Source: Carcharhinus longimanus | Taxonomy: Eukaryota | Length of the DNA: 64,000 nt | NCBI GenBank assembly: GCA_030264375.1 | Contig: JASCQW010000112.1 | Span: forward strand, 75,995,038 to 76,059,037 | Direction of reading: 5' to 3' | In this document: one piece after another, positions 12,857-25,304 of the stretch | Layout: each line of letters begins with the position of its first letter | Numbering within the stretch: the first letter of the stretch is position 1 | Translations under genes and position numbers: made by a program | Notes under the pieces: generated by a model | What the model was told of the DNA's origin: nothing | Database searches by the model: none | The model's input: the letters and a program-made list of their open reading frames with translations, nothing else

Positions 12857-13796
12857 GAACCTCAAATACTCAGCCACATAGTCTGTCAGCTCCTTTTCTG
12901 AAGGAGTTAACTTGATATAGCTTTTCCTGCAGATCTATTTTATGCATATATATATCAATTATTCTGAGGGGAAAACAAGTTTATTCTGATTTCACTTCAG
13001 GGCTGATAATTTTAAACAAGTGGCCCTTAGTTTTAAGATAATAGTTAAGGCAGAATAAGCTTGTTTATATCAGTTACGCTTCTCGGCACTTTAACAATCT
13101 TCACTCAATTTTCTTTTCTACAAATAAACAGACTTGGCTGTGCATGTTGAGAGTTCAAGTTCTGCAATTACCTTGCTGCTTTTCTTAATTCTGGACACAC
13201 TATTCTATATTACAGTAAAAATAAACAGGCTAACTTTTATGTATCTATTCCTGCTACTCACCCATACTAATTTGGTCTACTCCCCTCTTTAATAGCTTTC
13301 AGCTATTCAGTTTATCTATATGCCTCACACTTTTGCTCAAGGCCTCAGTCTCTCCTTACTATTCTCTCTTCCTGCTTCCCCTGAAAACAAATTGGCCTTT
13401 TTTTCGTCTCTTCTATCCAATATATCTCACACTCTATGACCTTCTCATATTCCTCAGCGCCCCTCACCCCCTGTCCTCTTGCTCCCTACATCCTTCTTTT
13501 TCCTGTCACCTCTGTTGAAACTTACAGCTGGATTCAGTGCTTCAATCTTCTTTCTGCAGCAAAATTAATTAGTCTCTCCGTGGGCATGAGGCTAATTCCC
13601 AAATTCATGAGAGCCCAAAAGCCACAGAAATACTGCAGTCAAATTACAGAGCTGGAATCACCTGTTTAAGACTTTAAAAACTCTACCTTCTTACCTTAGA
13701 ACTTCTCTCAGATCATTACAATAATAATTTTGTACAGAATATTAAGTGAGTATAAAAGCAGTCTTTGCTCATTGAGAATGGTCTTTTGCACTTGAT

Positions 13797-14268
13797 AGGC
13801 CAGATTTTTGCTTCCAAGGCAGGTAGCAGGAAATTTCTCCACTTGGCACACCTGCCTTGGGAAAATGTGTCCGGAATGGTGAGATTTACATTGCGGAAAG
13901 GGATGGAGGTGCATGCGGGACACAGCCAGGCCCACTGACCCTGAGGTGGATCAGATGTGGTCATAGGACTGCCGAGTGCCAAGACAAGTTGTCCACCACA
14001 GTTCTCTGGGGCTCTGTCCCAATTGCTTTAAGTGTTACGCCCTCTAGCCTAACCTCTCACACCCCATCACCCACTCCCCATGCCTCTTCCATGCCAACCA
14101 TTAATAATAGCCCTTGGAGCAATGTCAACAAACTGCTAAAGCAAGTTTTCCTCAACCCTCACTGACACAGGCAGGCTGTTATTTGTAACGAGGTGGGGAT
14201 TACAGTTGTACACACCTTATCTGCCCTTCTCAAGCAGTTATTTTGCTTCCCAAAATTCTTGCCCCCCG
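13797..14268. mobile_element. Putative non-autonomous Harbinger-like DNA element
   Basis: GC-richer block bounded by GGCCAGATTTT and AAAATTCTTGCCCC, similar to the termini of the MITE at 6859. Confidence 0.4.
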
Positions 14269-16386
14269 CCCCCCGCCATCACCCTTGCTACAATGAAAAT
14301 GGGTACGCTTGAACTCAGCCCTGAGTTCGAAGGACTGTTTTTGGTACTGGGTGGCCCACATTAGGAATGATATACCAAGCCTTGGAAGAGAATGATTAGT
14401 AGAATAATTGTAGTAATGCCCTGCCAAAGAGCAGGTCCTAGGCTCATTTCTCCATGCCTCATGGTTTTGTGCTTTCCTCTTCAGTTGTTTGTGTCAGCCT
14501 CCCATTATTGATTTCAATCAGCAATGTGACATGGGAAAATAATACAGTAGGTAGTTCCCCACTGAATTCCTTATGTGCTCTTAACGGGAACACAAGTCCT
14601 CTTCCCAAAGGATCCTCCACATATAGGCAGCCCTTGTTCCTTGAGGTTCTAGCTCTCCCACCATTCTGATCAAAAATCCGCTGGTCCCATAGATGGCTGT
14701 GATTTTTAATCTTGAGCATGGGACTCTTATCTGGGACTTGCAAAAGAGAAGGGATGACCACTGTCCATGTGTCAAATGGCTCTACTACCCTAAGTTGAAT
14801 AATACCTGGGATAAAGCAAGTTGGCTAGGATGGCTGGATAAATGTGCCCTTTGTTCATTGAAAATGAGCAAATTAATGGTGTTACAATAACAAAGGGACT
14901 TAAGATAACAATTCTTCTTCCTAGTAAGAGAATCCAGAGTAAAAAGGGCAACTTTAAAATTAGGATTAAAGAAAGAAGTTTCATTTATAAAATGTTTTTC
15001 ACAACTACAATGCAGAAATATAAACATTTGCCATGATTAACAAACTAGCAGAGCAGAAACTAATGTTCCCAGAAGCAAAAGGCAAGTTTCTAATCCACTA
15101 TACCATATAGTGTCAACTTTCATATTAACAGCCGTCACACACTCAAAGGAAGAGGGCATTAAATGAAGCAGCAGGATGTAGTTCCCTTTTTGGGTTAAAG
15201 CAAAATAATTTTCCAAAATCTTTCATAAGTAAATAAGCAGTAAGCAAAGCATAGAATTTATCCCCATAAGTTCTCCAGTAACAGGTGGATAAAAGGTAGA
15301 TGCAGTCAACACCAAATCCCTTTTCAATAGTTCTCTTAAAACTATAAAAGATCTAGGTCAGGCATCTTTCATCTCATCCTGTAATCAAAGAGCAAATAGT
15401 TTACACTTTTAGGCAAGTCTGCACGGGCAACATAATGCTATTAACATGATGAACAGATAACTAGGGAGATTCCCAGTTCTCCTCCCTTTCTCCACCCAAC
15501 CCTCCTCCCATCCCACTACTTCCCATAAGGAAATAGCAGAGCAGTGGAATTAGTTATAGATTGTTCTAATAAAGATATGACACAGTGATAATGAGCCAAA
15601 TGTCTCCCCAATCAGTACTGCTCCACAGCCATCCCAAGTTTGTGCAAGTAATTTTGTATCAATTGCTTCCTTTTGCTATGGTGGTCTTTAGCAATTTCCA
15701 ATTAGTTGTCTTCCTGCTGCCAATGTCTTTCAAACAGCAACGTCATCTTAAACAAGTCAACTATTAAATCCAGCAAATGCTCCTTGACTGGTATTTCTCT
15801 TTTTTCTATCCCTGTCTAATATTTTGCATATCTTGTGTACCCACCTTTGACTAATTTTATTGTTAAGCCAATTTATGTACACATTTCATCATCTAGCAGA
15901 TCAACCTTCAAGTTTGAATACCTTGTTCCTTACATTCTTCATATAAATACTTCACTCAATCAGTTTTTTATAATGATTCCAGCTTCCAGGTGCTTGTTTG
16001 TTGATTTTTTCCTAATTTCGTAATGCCTCACTTGCCTTTTCATGAATGCTTACTCCATCACACTATTTGATTTTCTTATAGCTATCTCTTCCATTTGGCC
16101 AAGCCATACCATCAANNNNNNNNNNCAAGAATTGCAATATTTCCCAACTGTATTACACAAGCTCTAATTCAGTTTTTTAAGCTCTCTTCACTTTTGATTC
16201 ACACTTTCGTTAGAATAATGTTTAACTCCTCTAAATTCTTTACGCAAGAACAAAGGCAATGATATTAAGCTTTGTCCGACCACTTTGCTATCCAAAGTAA
16301 GCTATATTACCATCGTCAACTTTATAGTTATTTCCTTAACTCCTTTTATGAAAAGGGAACCAGGAAGGGTCCAGGTTCAATTCTTC

Positions 16387-17620
16387 GGGCTGGATTTTTA
16401 GGAACCACCAGAGGTGTGAAGAGTTGGGTAGATGATGAAAGTTCAAGCGCTGGCAGATTTCCTACCACCTGGGGAAAGGACAGCCCCAAAAAAACTGCCC
16501 AATCCATAACCTGTAACTAAGATAGTTACATAACTCAGTGAAAGCCCATTGACATCCACACTGAGATGTTGGTGAAGGCATCCAGGTTGCATGACAGGGC
16601 AAGAGCAGACCAGATGCATGGAGGCAGATTCACAGTAAGGAAGCATTCATGACCACTTAATAAATTAGAGGTGCACAAAAGGAAGCACTACTCAAAGGGA
16701 GACTTGGCCAGTGGCATACGGCTGCCATCGGATCAGCACAGGTAGGGGTTTAGGCAGTGCAGTGGGTTATCACATTTCTGGACTTGAGAACCATAAGATG
16801 CAAGGCATGCAGACACAACTTGGGGGTCACAGAGCACGAAGATGACAGCAGCTGGCAATGGGAGCATGACTTAGATTTTGTGTCCAATGGCAATGAGGAG
16901 AAACATCCTCCACAGGAAGAGTACAGCCACAGTTAGCGGGAGGGCAGAGGAGTGAGAGAAAGGGGACAGGAAGGCGATGGAGATCATACTTTCAGCATAG
17001 GCTGCACTGTTACAGGCAGTGCCCTGTAGGCTTGCTACTGAGATGACAGACAGCCAGTGTCACAGGAGACTGCAATTCTCCAGGCAGATCATCACAGAGA
17101 TTTGTATTCTCATCACAAACACCTCACACCTTGCAGCACTGTTTGCCATAAACTGCAAGTACCCAAAGATTTCTTCACTTCTGGCTCCTTCCTTGGATCA
17201 GCTGCAGGTCTTGGTGTCATCTCACAAATGGCAGTACAGCCTTGCATCTAGCAAGGTACTGCTGCTTTACTTGTCAGAATTAATCAGTACATTCAATTTC
17301 AGGCAGATGGGGCCTCGCAGGCACTGGGGGCAGTAAGCTTTGCCTCCATCAGAAGATTCTGCACATCCTGAACGTAGGTGCAATGCTCAAGAGATTTGAA
17401 ATGGGATCTGTATATGGGAATAAAGACGTTACATGTTGCTTGAACTTTGAGATGAAATCGCTTCCACAGAATGTTACCAATCAACAGGTTTGCTATTTAA
17501 TTGGGCCACAGCCTGTCTCATGTGAGAAATGATCATCATGTGGTATTTCACACTGGTACCAAATCCCAGAGGTGATGCCCGCATCTAGCAACATCAAACC
17601 GACATCAATTTATTGTCCAG
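16387..17620 (+). mobile_element. Decayed PIF/Harbinger transposon with transposase (HARBI1-like) remnants
   Basis: Starts GGGCTGGATTTT. Frameshifted peptides EMTDSQCHRRLQFSRQIITEICILI (ORF 17019) and FFTSGSFLGSAAGLGVISQMAVQPCI (ORF 17057) resemble the Harbinger transposase N-terminus. Right end uncertain. Confidence 0.75.
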
Positions 17621-17829
17621 ACTCCTGGAGTTTCTTGCACCTGCAGTTCACTTGAGAAAAGCTGATTTTCCATTAAGGACGAGTCTCCAAAATAAGGGTG
17701 GAGCACAATCTCTTTGAGGTGAGATGACACATCAGGTGATAGAGATTAAAATGGAATAAATCCTCTGTGGAAGGCTCAGTAATTCACTGAGCCAAGTGGA
17801 TCTGTAACATCCCAGCGCACTGTTGGTAA

Positions 17830-17955
17830 GTGACCAAGATGAACCTTTAACTCTATTTCTCTTTCAACAGATGCTGCCAGACCTGCTGAGTTCATCTAGC
17901 ATCTTGTTTTTATTTTAGATTTCCAGCATCTGCAATATTTTGCTTTTATTATTAA
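17830..17955 (+). mobile_element. Penelope-like terminal fragment
   Basis: TTAACTCTATTTCTCTTTCAACAGATGCTGCCAGACCTGCTGAG; the same motif family ends the GIY-YIG-bearing copy near 37900. Confidence 0.6.
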
Positions 17956-17957
17956 CT

Positions 17958-18517
17958 GATTTGATTTGATTTATTATTGTCACATGTATTAGGATACAGT
18001 GAAAAGTACTGTTTCTCATGTGCCAAACAGACAAAACGTACCCTACATAGAGAAGGAGAGAATGTCACAGTCATATGTAGGGTGTAGAGAAAAATCAACT
18101 TAATGTGACGTAGGTCCATTCAAAAATCTAATGGCAGCAGGGAAGAGGCTGTTCTTGAGTTAGTTGGTATGTGTCCTCAGACTTTTGTATCTTTTTCCCG
18201 ACAGAAGAAGGTGAAAGAGAGAATGTCCAAAATGTGTGGGGTCCTCAATTATGCTGGCTGCTTTTCCGAGGCAACGGGAAATGTAGACAGAGTCAATGGA
18301 TGAGAAGCTGCTTTGTGGATTGGACTGGGTTTCATTCACAACCCTTTATAGTTTCTTGTGGTAATGAGCAGAGCAGGAACCATATCAAGCTATGATACAA
18401 CTAGAAAGAATGCTTTCTATGGTGCATCTGTAAAAGTTGGTGAGAGTCATAGCTGACGTGCTAAATTTCCCTAATCTCCTAAGAAAGTTGAGGCGCTGAT
18501 GAGCTTTCTTAACTATA
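17958..18517 (-). mobile_element. Rex1/Babar LINE 3' fragment
   Basis: Minus-strand IVKKAHQRLNFLRRLGKFSTSAMTLTNFYRCTIESILSSCIIA*YGSCS, the typical post-RT region, ending TGTGACAATAATAAATCAAATCAAATCA. Confidence 0.88.
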
Positions 18518-20042
18518 GATCTAAATGGCGATTTAGCTGCTCTGTAGGGTAGAGCTGTCAATGGAAACTAGAATTCTTTGCTCCAGATAAAAACTAAGTC
18601 TTAATGGGTGCAGTGGACAGTATGAAGCTTACTTGTGCCTTGTGTTGGTAACTGCACGGTATTAACTAATTAGAATTCAGTAGCCCCACTCTGAACAATT
18701 TGGTCTCTCCTGATCTTACATCTTGCAATCTTATACCTGAGCTTTCTTGGTGCTGATTGTGATGGGCCATTTTTCTGTGAAGGTTTTGAAGCATGCCAAA
18801 TGTCAAACAACTGGATGACAAAAAGCAAAATAAAAATCACTCTGACAATGCAGTAAAGAAGGGAGAAGAACATTCAACTCCTTAAGTCTGGTTCACCACC
18901 ATTCAATTAGATCATGGCTGATTTGCATTTTAACTGCCTTGGTACTGTATTGTACTAACAGTCTGTACTGTGCTCAAGTCTGAATTAGTTTGAACTACAA
19001 CCTTCTGGGCCTTCAAGCCATGGAATTTTCTGCTACTTCAAAAGAAGAATGGAGCAATAACTAATGGCATACCTTGGTGCTGAGGCTCAGGTCTCAGGAG
19101 GAATATATACCAATGACGCTATATTAGATATCAATCAATTCAGCCACATGAAACCCAAAGGTATCAATGACAAATGCATAAAGCTGCTATTTTAAAGCAC
19201 TTCATCAACAAACATAGAGAAAAGAGCTGGAAATTCTGTAATCTTTGTGCGCCCTTTATAAATATACTTTTGGGGACAAAAATGCCGTTGAAAGTAACTA
19301 GGGGAAAGAAAACAGTTTGAGCTATTTGATTGTTCTCATTTGCTGTTGGTTTTATGTTGCTAGGTTTGAAAGCAAAAGGAGTAATTTGACCAGATGATTC
19401 TGTGGTGCTTGTTCATTATGTGCCTTGCCAACAAAAATTTTGCATTTATATTATGTTATAGTAGAATTAAGCTAGTCGATATTATTAACCTGATCATGAC
19501 TAACACATCCAATGTGAGAAGACCATGTTTGAGATGTGATGCTTAATGAATGTTCATCACATGCAGTCCATGATGAATATATTATATACATACAAATATT
19601 ACATGTGTCAGACACCAAATGTGGACATTCAGAAACAACCTCCTCTTCTTGAAGGAAATTTTCAATGTTGCACGGAATGCACTACAGTAGTGCAAGAAAT
19701 AGAAAGTAATTTAACATACTCTATGGCCAAAAGACTGGAAATATACACAGTGCAGAGAAAGGTACCTTATTCAATGGGATCAGCAGCAGTGTAACTATAA
19801 TAACTATGGTCGGAAGCAGGAGGGTGGCTGGGGCGGGCAGGGGGGCGGTGGGGGGAGAGGAATTAAGGGTACTAGGGAACAGGAAAGGAGGTCAGATTGC
19901 CAGCAGCTAAAAGTGTCAAAGAGTCAAAGCTTCTCAGTGGTTCTTTCCATGGAATCTGCTAACTTATCAATTATGTGCAACAAATGAAAAATATACACAT
20001 TTCATAATTGTGTGATTGATTAGTAAACCAGCAGAGACTTAC

Positions 20043-20108
20043 CAACTGGTACCTCTAAAATTATGTCAGGCGTTTTGTCATAGCCCTTAGCACGCAATTG
20101 ATCTTCAT
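20043..20108 (-). CDS. CDIN1: CDIN1 internal coding exon (66 bp; probable exon 9): (D)[21 protein letters not shown](A), carrying the PD of the PD-(D/E)XK motif
   Basis: Acceptor ttctctttgtcttacttgtgtag, consensus donor gtaagt. Matches human [22 protein letters not shown]. Confidence 0.97.
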
Positions 20109-22007
20109 CTACACAAGTAAGACAAAGAGAAGTTGAAGTGAATGTAGCAGTGGATTAGTGAATGTTCCCATTACTATGTAATTCTATGGAATGTAATTTC
20201 TATAGATATAACATATGCAAAACACCAAAAAGGTTACATCACAACATAAACAAACTGTCTTCGCAACAGCTATGGCGCTTTTAGCATTTAATGAAAAACT
20301 AAAATAAAAATAGGGACCAGGATACTAATGACTTATTAAACACTCTAAGTAACACATCAAGCAAATCATTGTGTGGAACTTTAACACAGCACTTTCTTGG
20401 AAAATAAACAAATGAATATTTATATTGACTATTTCTTGTCTTTTCAAACTTGAATAATATTCTTGCAAATTTGAAAAAATAAATTTGGCACATTTTCTCC
20501 TTATCTTTATATGAATGAAAAGAAAACAGGGTGGGTTCTTTTACAGGAACGTATTCTGACCAAGACAATTTTCCAATATTCATAGTGACCAGTGAACCAG
20601 GACACACAGAAAAATTGCCCTAAGTCACTCTCAGGTGATAATCAAATAAAATATATAACATATAATTTCTGAAGGTGCCTCAGAAGGTTTGAGTGGGAAA
20701 AAGGGAAAGCCAATTCTCATGGTATCAAATCACAACATTGGATTGAGTCAAGCAGTAGTTTAAAAGTGAAAAAGCTGCCTTTTTATGAAATATAAGCTTT
20801 CCTATTTAATTCTGAAACTACAGAAGCTTACACATCTATGCACTGTTTAAGTACAAAAATGTTTGTAACCCTGGCAATTGTCAGCATGCTCTGTTCTTGT
20901 CCAGTCAGTAAAGCGTCCTTGACTTTAAGTGGCTTGCTGTTATTATTTCTGAAACACCTGATTTCTCCATTACATTTTGGGTGACCTGGTCATTCAATTC
21001 CAGACATGCCTTTCTGTCTTCACCCAACCTAAACTAATAGCTAAAACAAGTAACAGAGAAGGTTGTGTGGTCTCTCTTAACACCTACTGGGCTGTTGACA
21101 TTGTGGTACAGCCTCCTCTCCTTTTCACATCACCTCTGATTAAAATTAATGGCCCATTCCACCGCTGGGTAGCCAATTTCCAATCCATTTATCAGCAAAG
21201 GACAGTACTTTCATGGCCAATGTTCTGAAACTCTGACAGTTTTGCTGTTGTGCCTCATGAGAAAATTCCAAGGTCAACACAATTTCATGTCCAAATAAAT
21301 TATATGCCTTTAATGTAAGTATTTCTGGAGTTTTATTTGGTGGGTAATTAGTATTTGTGGCATTCTTCCCAATGAAAATGAAGATTGCAAAGACACAAGT
21401 TCATCTATTTGAGTTCATTGTTTGGAACGATTTGTACCTTGGATTACAATGCCATTGAGAGGTTTTCCCCAATGCTTTATTTGTTTTATGTAAAAATAAT
21501 CTTTTCACTGTTAGGCCCAAAGGGTTCACTATCAAAACATACTTTACCATGTTATCAAGTTATTTCATGCATGAGATTGAATCTTAAACTTCTTTATCGC
21601 TATATAAATAACATCGGTTTTCTATTTGTGTTTGATATGCCAATTTAAGCAAAAGTCTAAGGGCTGGTGTTTCAGCATATTCCACATACATTTTGTCATT
21701 TTAAGATTTCTATAATTCAAGCAAAAGTTATAATATTCAGGAAGCAAATTTAAATAGTTAATGCAATATATATCCATTGGCTTTGAGAGCGTACACATCA
21801 GACTTGGGTCACTCTTGCAAGGCATTGTGTGTGCAAAGTGTCTTGTTATACATACTGACACAAATAACTATTTAACTTAATCATGCTGGTTCACTTAAAA
21901 ACAATATTATTAATTTCATGTCTTCCTTAAATATTCTCTCATATTTGCCAGTGCTTGGCATTTCTATAAATGGCCCCACGTATTACATTATGGAGGGTGT
22001 CCACAAA

Positions 22008-22190
22008 AAGAACACAAGAAACAGGAACAGGAGATGACTATGTGGCCCACTGAGGCTGTTCTGCCATTCAATGTGATCATGGTTGATCCTGGGCTTCAAT
22101 TCCATGTTCCCGCCTGCTCCCCCAACCCACACATTCCCTAAAAGACCAAAATGCTGACCATCTCAAATATATTCAATGATGGCACACCCA
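22008..22190 (-). mobile_element. CR1/HER1 LINE 3' tail
   Basis: CCATTCAATGTGATCATGGTTGATC motif, shared with the tails near 18900, 43040-43120, 43275-43400, 58970-59170 and 61085-61230. Confidence 0.7.
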
Positions 22191-22264
22191 CAACCCAACA
22201 TCTAACTGTATGATCACATAACTTGCAGCTTAACAATAGGAAGCTTTTTGGAACTGAATTAAAC

Positions 22265-22634
22265 TTTTTTTTTGTTCATTCATGGGAAATGGATGTCGCT
22301 GGCTAGGTCAGATTTACTGCCCATCCCAAACTGCCCTTCAACTAAGTGCCTTACTTAGGCCACTTCAGAGGGCATTTAAGAGTCAACCATTTTGCTGGAG
22401 TAACATAAAGGCCAGACCAGGTAAAGATGGCAGATTTCTTTCTCTCAGGGACATTCACGACCAGATAGGTTTTTACAACAACAACGATCATCATCAGATG
22501 TTTAATTCCAGATTTTTTTATTGAATTCATATCTCACCATATACCATGGTGGGATTTGAACCACTTCCCCAGATCATTGCCCTGAGTCTTTGGATTACTA
22601 GTCCAATGACGATAACATTACACCGTGTTTCCCC
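22265..22634 (-). mobile_element. tRNA-derived SINE sharing its tail with a CR1-clade LINE
   Basis: Head with B-box (rc GGTTCAAATCCC). The tail (rc GGGATGGGCAGTAAAT...CCATGAATGAACAAAA) matches the LINE ends at 30590-30648 and 51260-51337. A second partial copy lies at 37195-37432. Confidence 0.8.
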
Positions 22635-23429
22635 AACATTATCTTACATGTAGGTATTTCACCAATTTTTAGTGGGCAAACTGAAATTACTCTAATGAGA
22701 TAAGGCCAGATATGAGATGTTTAGTGTACAGAGACAGCGGGGCAAATTTTCCCGTTTCACCCCTAACGGGAATCACTTTTGTTGGTGGAGCAGATTTGAG
22801 GGGCTGAGTGGCCTCCTATTCCTGTTCCTAATTCCTATGCTGCTCTGGCTACAGGGAGTAGCTAGTCTATTCCTCTGGCTCTGTCCTGTTGCTGTGGCTC
22901 ACCAGTTTACCTGCCAATATAATCGGCTACCACCTCCCAACTAGAGTGAATCTCTGGAGACATCTCATTCTGAGTCAAATGAATAGATCACCCCAATGAT
23001 AATGGGTGTGTATTTGTAAGAAACTCAAGATGAGATAATGAATTAACCATTGTTTACGGCCATTGAGTAGGCACATTTTCAATACCTGGCCTATTAACAA
23101 ATACACTCTTCATTGTCTCTGTGGACAGAAATAACTAAACAGAAGTTCAATTAAAAAAAACACTTAAAAGTAACCCATTTCCAAATCCTACCCAAGGGAA
23201 AATGGTCAAAAAATTCAATAAGTGACATGTAGGTAGGCAAGAAGAGTTTATAAACCAATAGACAAGAAGTAAAATAACAGTCATCAAGCAGAAGACAACA
23301 CAAACCTAAGCAAATTCCTCATTTATTTTTACCTAAAGCTATCAAAAAGGAAGTAGCCAGTCACTGTGCAAAAGCAAATCACTAAAATAGTCCCACATTA
23401 TTTTGATTATTTTTGAGAAAGGGCATTAA

Positions 23430-23535
23430 AATTTATTTATAGTTATTAGTCACAAGTAGGCTTACATTAACACTGCAATGAAGTTACTGTGAAATTCCTT
23501 TAGTCGCCACACTCTGGCACCACACTCCAGTGTCG
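23430..23535 (-). mobile_element. Isolated tail of the Rex-tailed V-SINE
   Basis: AGTCACAAGTAGGCTTACATTAACACTGCAATGAAGTTACTGTGAAA is the reverse complement of the tail at 24455-24510. Confidence 0.75.
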
Positions 23536-24194
23536 GCATTAATATCCTGAAAATCACTAAGAATTTATTAACAAAATGATTCATTAAATGTCAAAAGCCT
23601 ACAGAAAGTAAGTCTGTCCTGCCCATTGGCGGGAGAGCAGGGGGAGGAATGGGCTTCAGTCTCAAAGGGTTGGAAATTTAACTAAAGCACTGGGTTCTCA
23701 GGGTTTCCAACTCCAGTTGATAAATTCCGTGCGAATGACTGACAGAGACCAACGGCATAATATATAGATAAAGGGAGTTGCAGTTCCCAATCTGCTCCTG
23801 CGGAACAGCAACATCATGCTCCTTGAAAGTTAGACACGACAATTTACTGAGATGTGAATGGACTACTAACCACCAAAATTCCCACAAGCTGGCCATGCCT
23901 AATGCTCAAGAACGCAGTGCTTTAACTAATCTTTGTGCTAAGTAACTGTACCCTGGGCTTGGGATTGCTTGTGCTGAATGCACAGTACTGCATCAGTGTT
24001 CTGAACTGCAAAAGATGCACGTACGTGCAAATACCACGTAGGCTGTGATGTGTCACAACCCAAAAAAAATGTAAAGTATGCTCAATTCAGAAACGTACCG
24101 ACAATCAGGCTAGAATAGTCTATTGGAGCTTCAGGAATATCCTGTACCAGGACAGATAAGATGTTCAATGGTTATTCAATATGTTACACACATA

Positions 24195-24518
24195 GGGACG
24201 GCACAGTGGTTAGCACTGCTGCCTCACAGCGCCAGGGACTTGGGTTTGATACCCAGCTTGGCTCGGCACAACATCGAGGGTGTACTGTTCTACGTTCTGT
24301 GCAGAGTCTGCACGTTCTCCCTATGTCTGCGTGAGTTTCCTCCAGGTGCTCCAGTTTCCTCCCACAGTCCGAAAGACATGCTGTTTAGGTGCATTGGCCA
24401 TGCTAAATTCTCCTGAGTGTATCTGAATAGATGTCAGAGTGTGGTGACTAGGGGGATTTCACAGTAACTTCAATGCAGTGTTAATGTAAGCCTACTTGTG
24501 ACACTAATATATAAACTT
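24195..24518 (+). mobile_element. HE1-like V-SINE with alternative (Rex-like) tail
   Basis: Head GGGACGGCACAGTGGTTAGCACTGCTGCCTCACAGCGCCAGGGAC, V-domain, tail CCTACTTGTGACACTAATATATAAACTT. Confidence 0.85.
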
Positions 24519-25236
24519 CAGAAAAAGAGAGTGAAAAGATGTCTTTTTCCATCTGCTGTGTTAATTTATGACCCAAGATGGGTAAGAATAAACTGCAATT
24601 CTACATTAAAAGGCTATTTGAATTTGATTCATATACATTATATTTGTGCTCCAAGCGATAGCACAGATGTTTATATTAGTGGAAAACAAAACTCTAGAAT
24701 TAATTATCTACTTCAAGACTTCCAATTGACACAAACAATTGAAACCTGTTTTCTACAAGTGCAAATAGGCATGAGTCCAAAGTTATTATGCAATTCTCCA
24801 CCCTAAAATTGACCAAGTAACTTTTAGTTTATCTTCATCTTGGAATACCTTCTACATATCAGATATTTGCTTTTTCCAACTCCTTTCTTTGATATGTAAA
24901 CTGCCTCTTAAGTATCTTCCCCTGTGCTACATTTTAAGTCTCTGAAGGCAAGGATCATATATATAATCTCAGGATAGCATAAGTATTAACAGAAGCGGAT
25001 ATTAAAAAGGTATTTTCCAACTACTTATTCCATAAAATATTAATTACAAGGTTGTACGCGGATTGTATATGAGTATTAGGTATCTGATTTCCTGTCTAGT
25101 CCTAAATCAATATAAGATAACATGCACAGCATCAATCATCTCAGCTTTTCTTTCAGCCCTACAGATGCAATGCACATTTTGCAGTTTCCCTTCAAGTAAA
25201 CAGCTGCAAAACAAATTGGTTACATCAAATTCTTAC

Positions 25237-25304
25237 CTAAAAAAGACAGTTTTTTGCTTTGCAATTTTTCACGAAGCAGAATTTCATGCTCTTGTCCAAT
25301 GGCA
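25237..25304 (-). CDS. CDIN1: CDIN1 internal coding exon (68 bp; probable exon 8): (H)AIGQEHEILLREKLQSKKLSFL(D)
   Basis: Acceptor cttatctacctgcag, donor gtaaga. Matches human [22 protein letters not shown]. Phases 2 and 1 agree with both neighbours. Confidence 0.96.

Noticed and set aside
19790-19812. GTAACTATAATAACTATGGTC resembles a large-subunit rRNA / homing-endonuclease site motif
   Set aside because: It is only a short local duplication with no flanking rRNA similarity.
24016-24029. Perfect 14-bp palindrome TGCACGTACGTGCA (and a near-palindrome near 33768-33792)
   Set aside because: A few palindromes of this length are expected by chance in 64 kb, and there is no supporting context.
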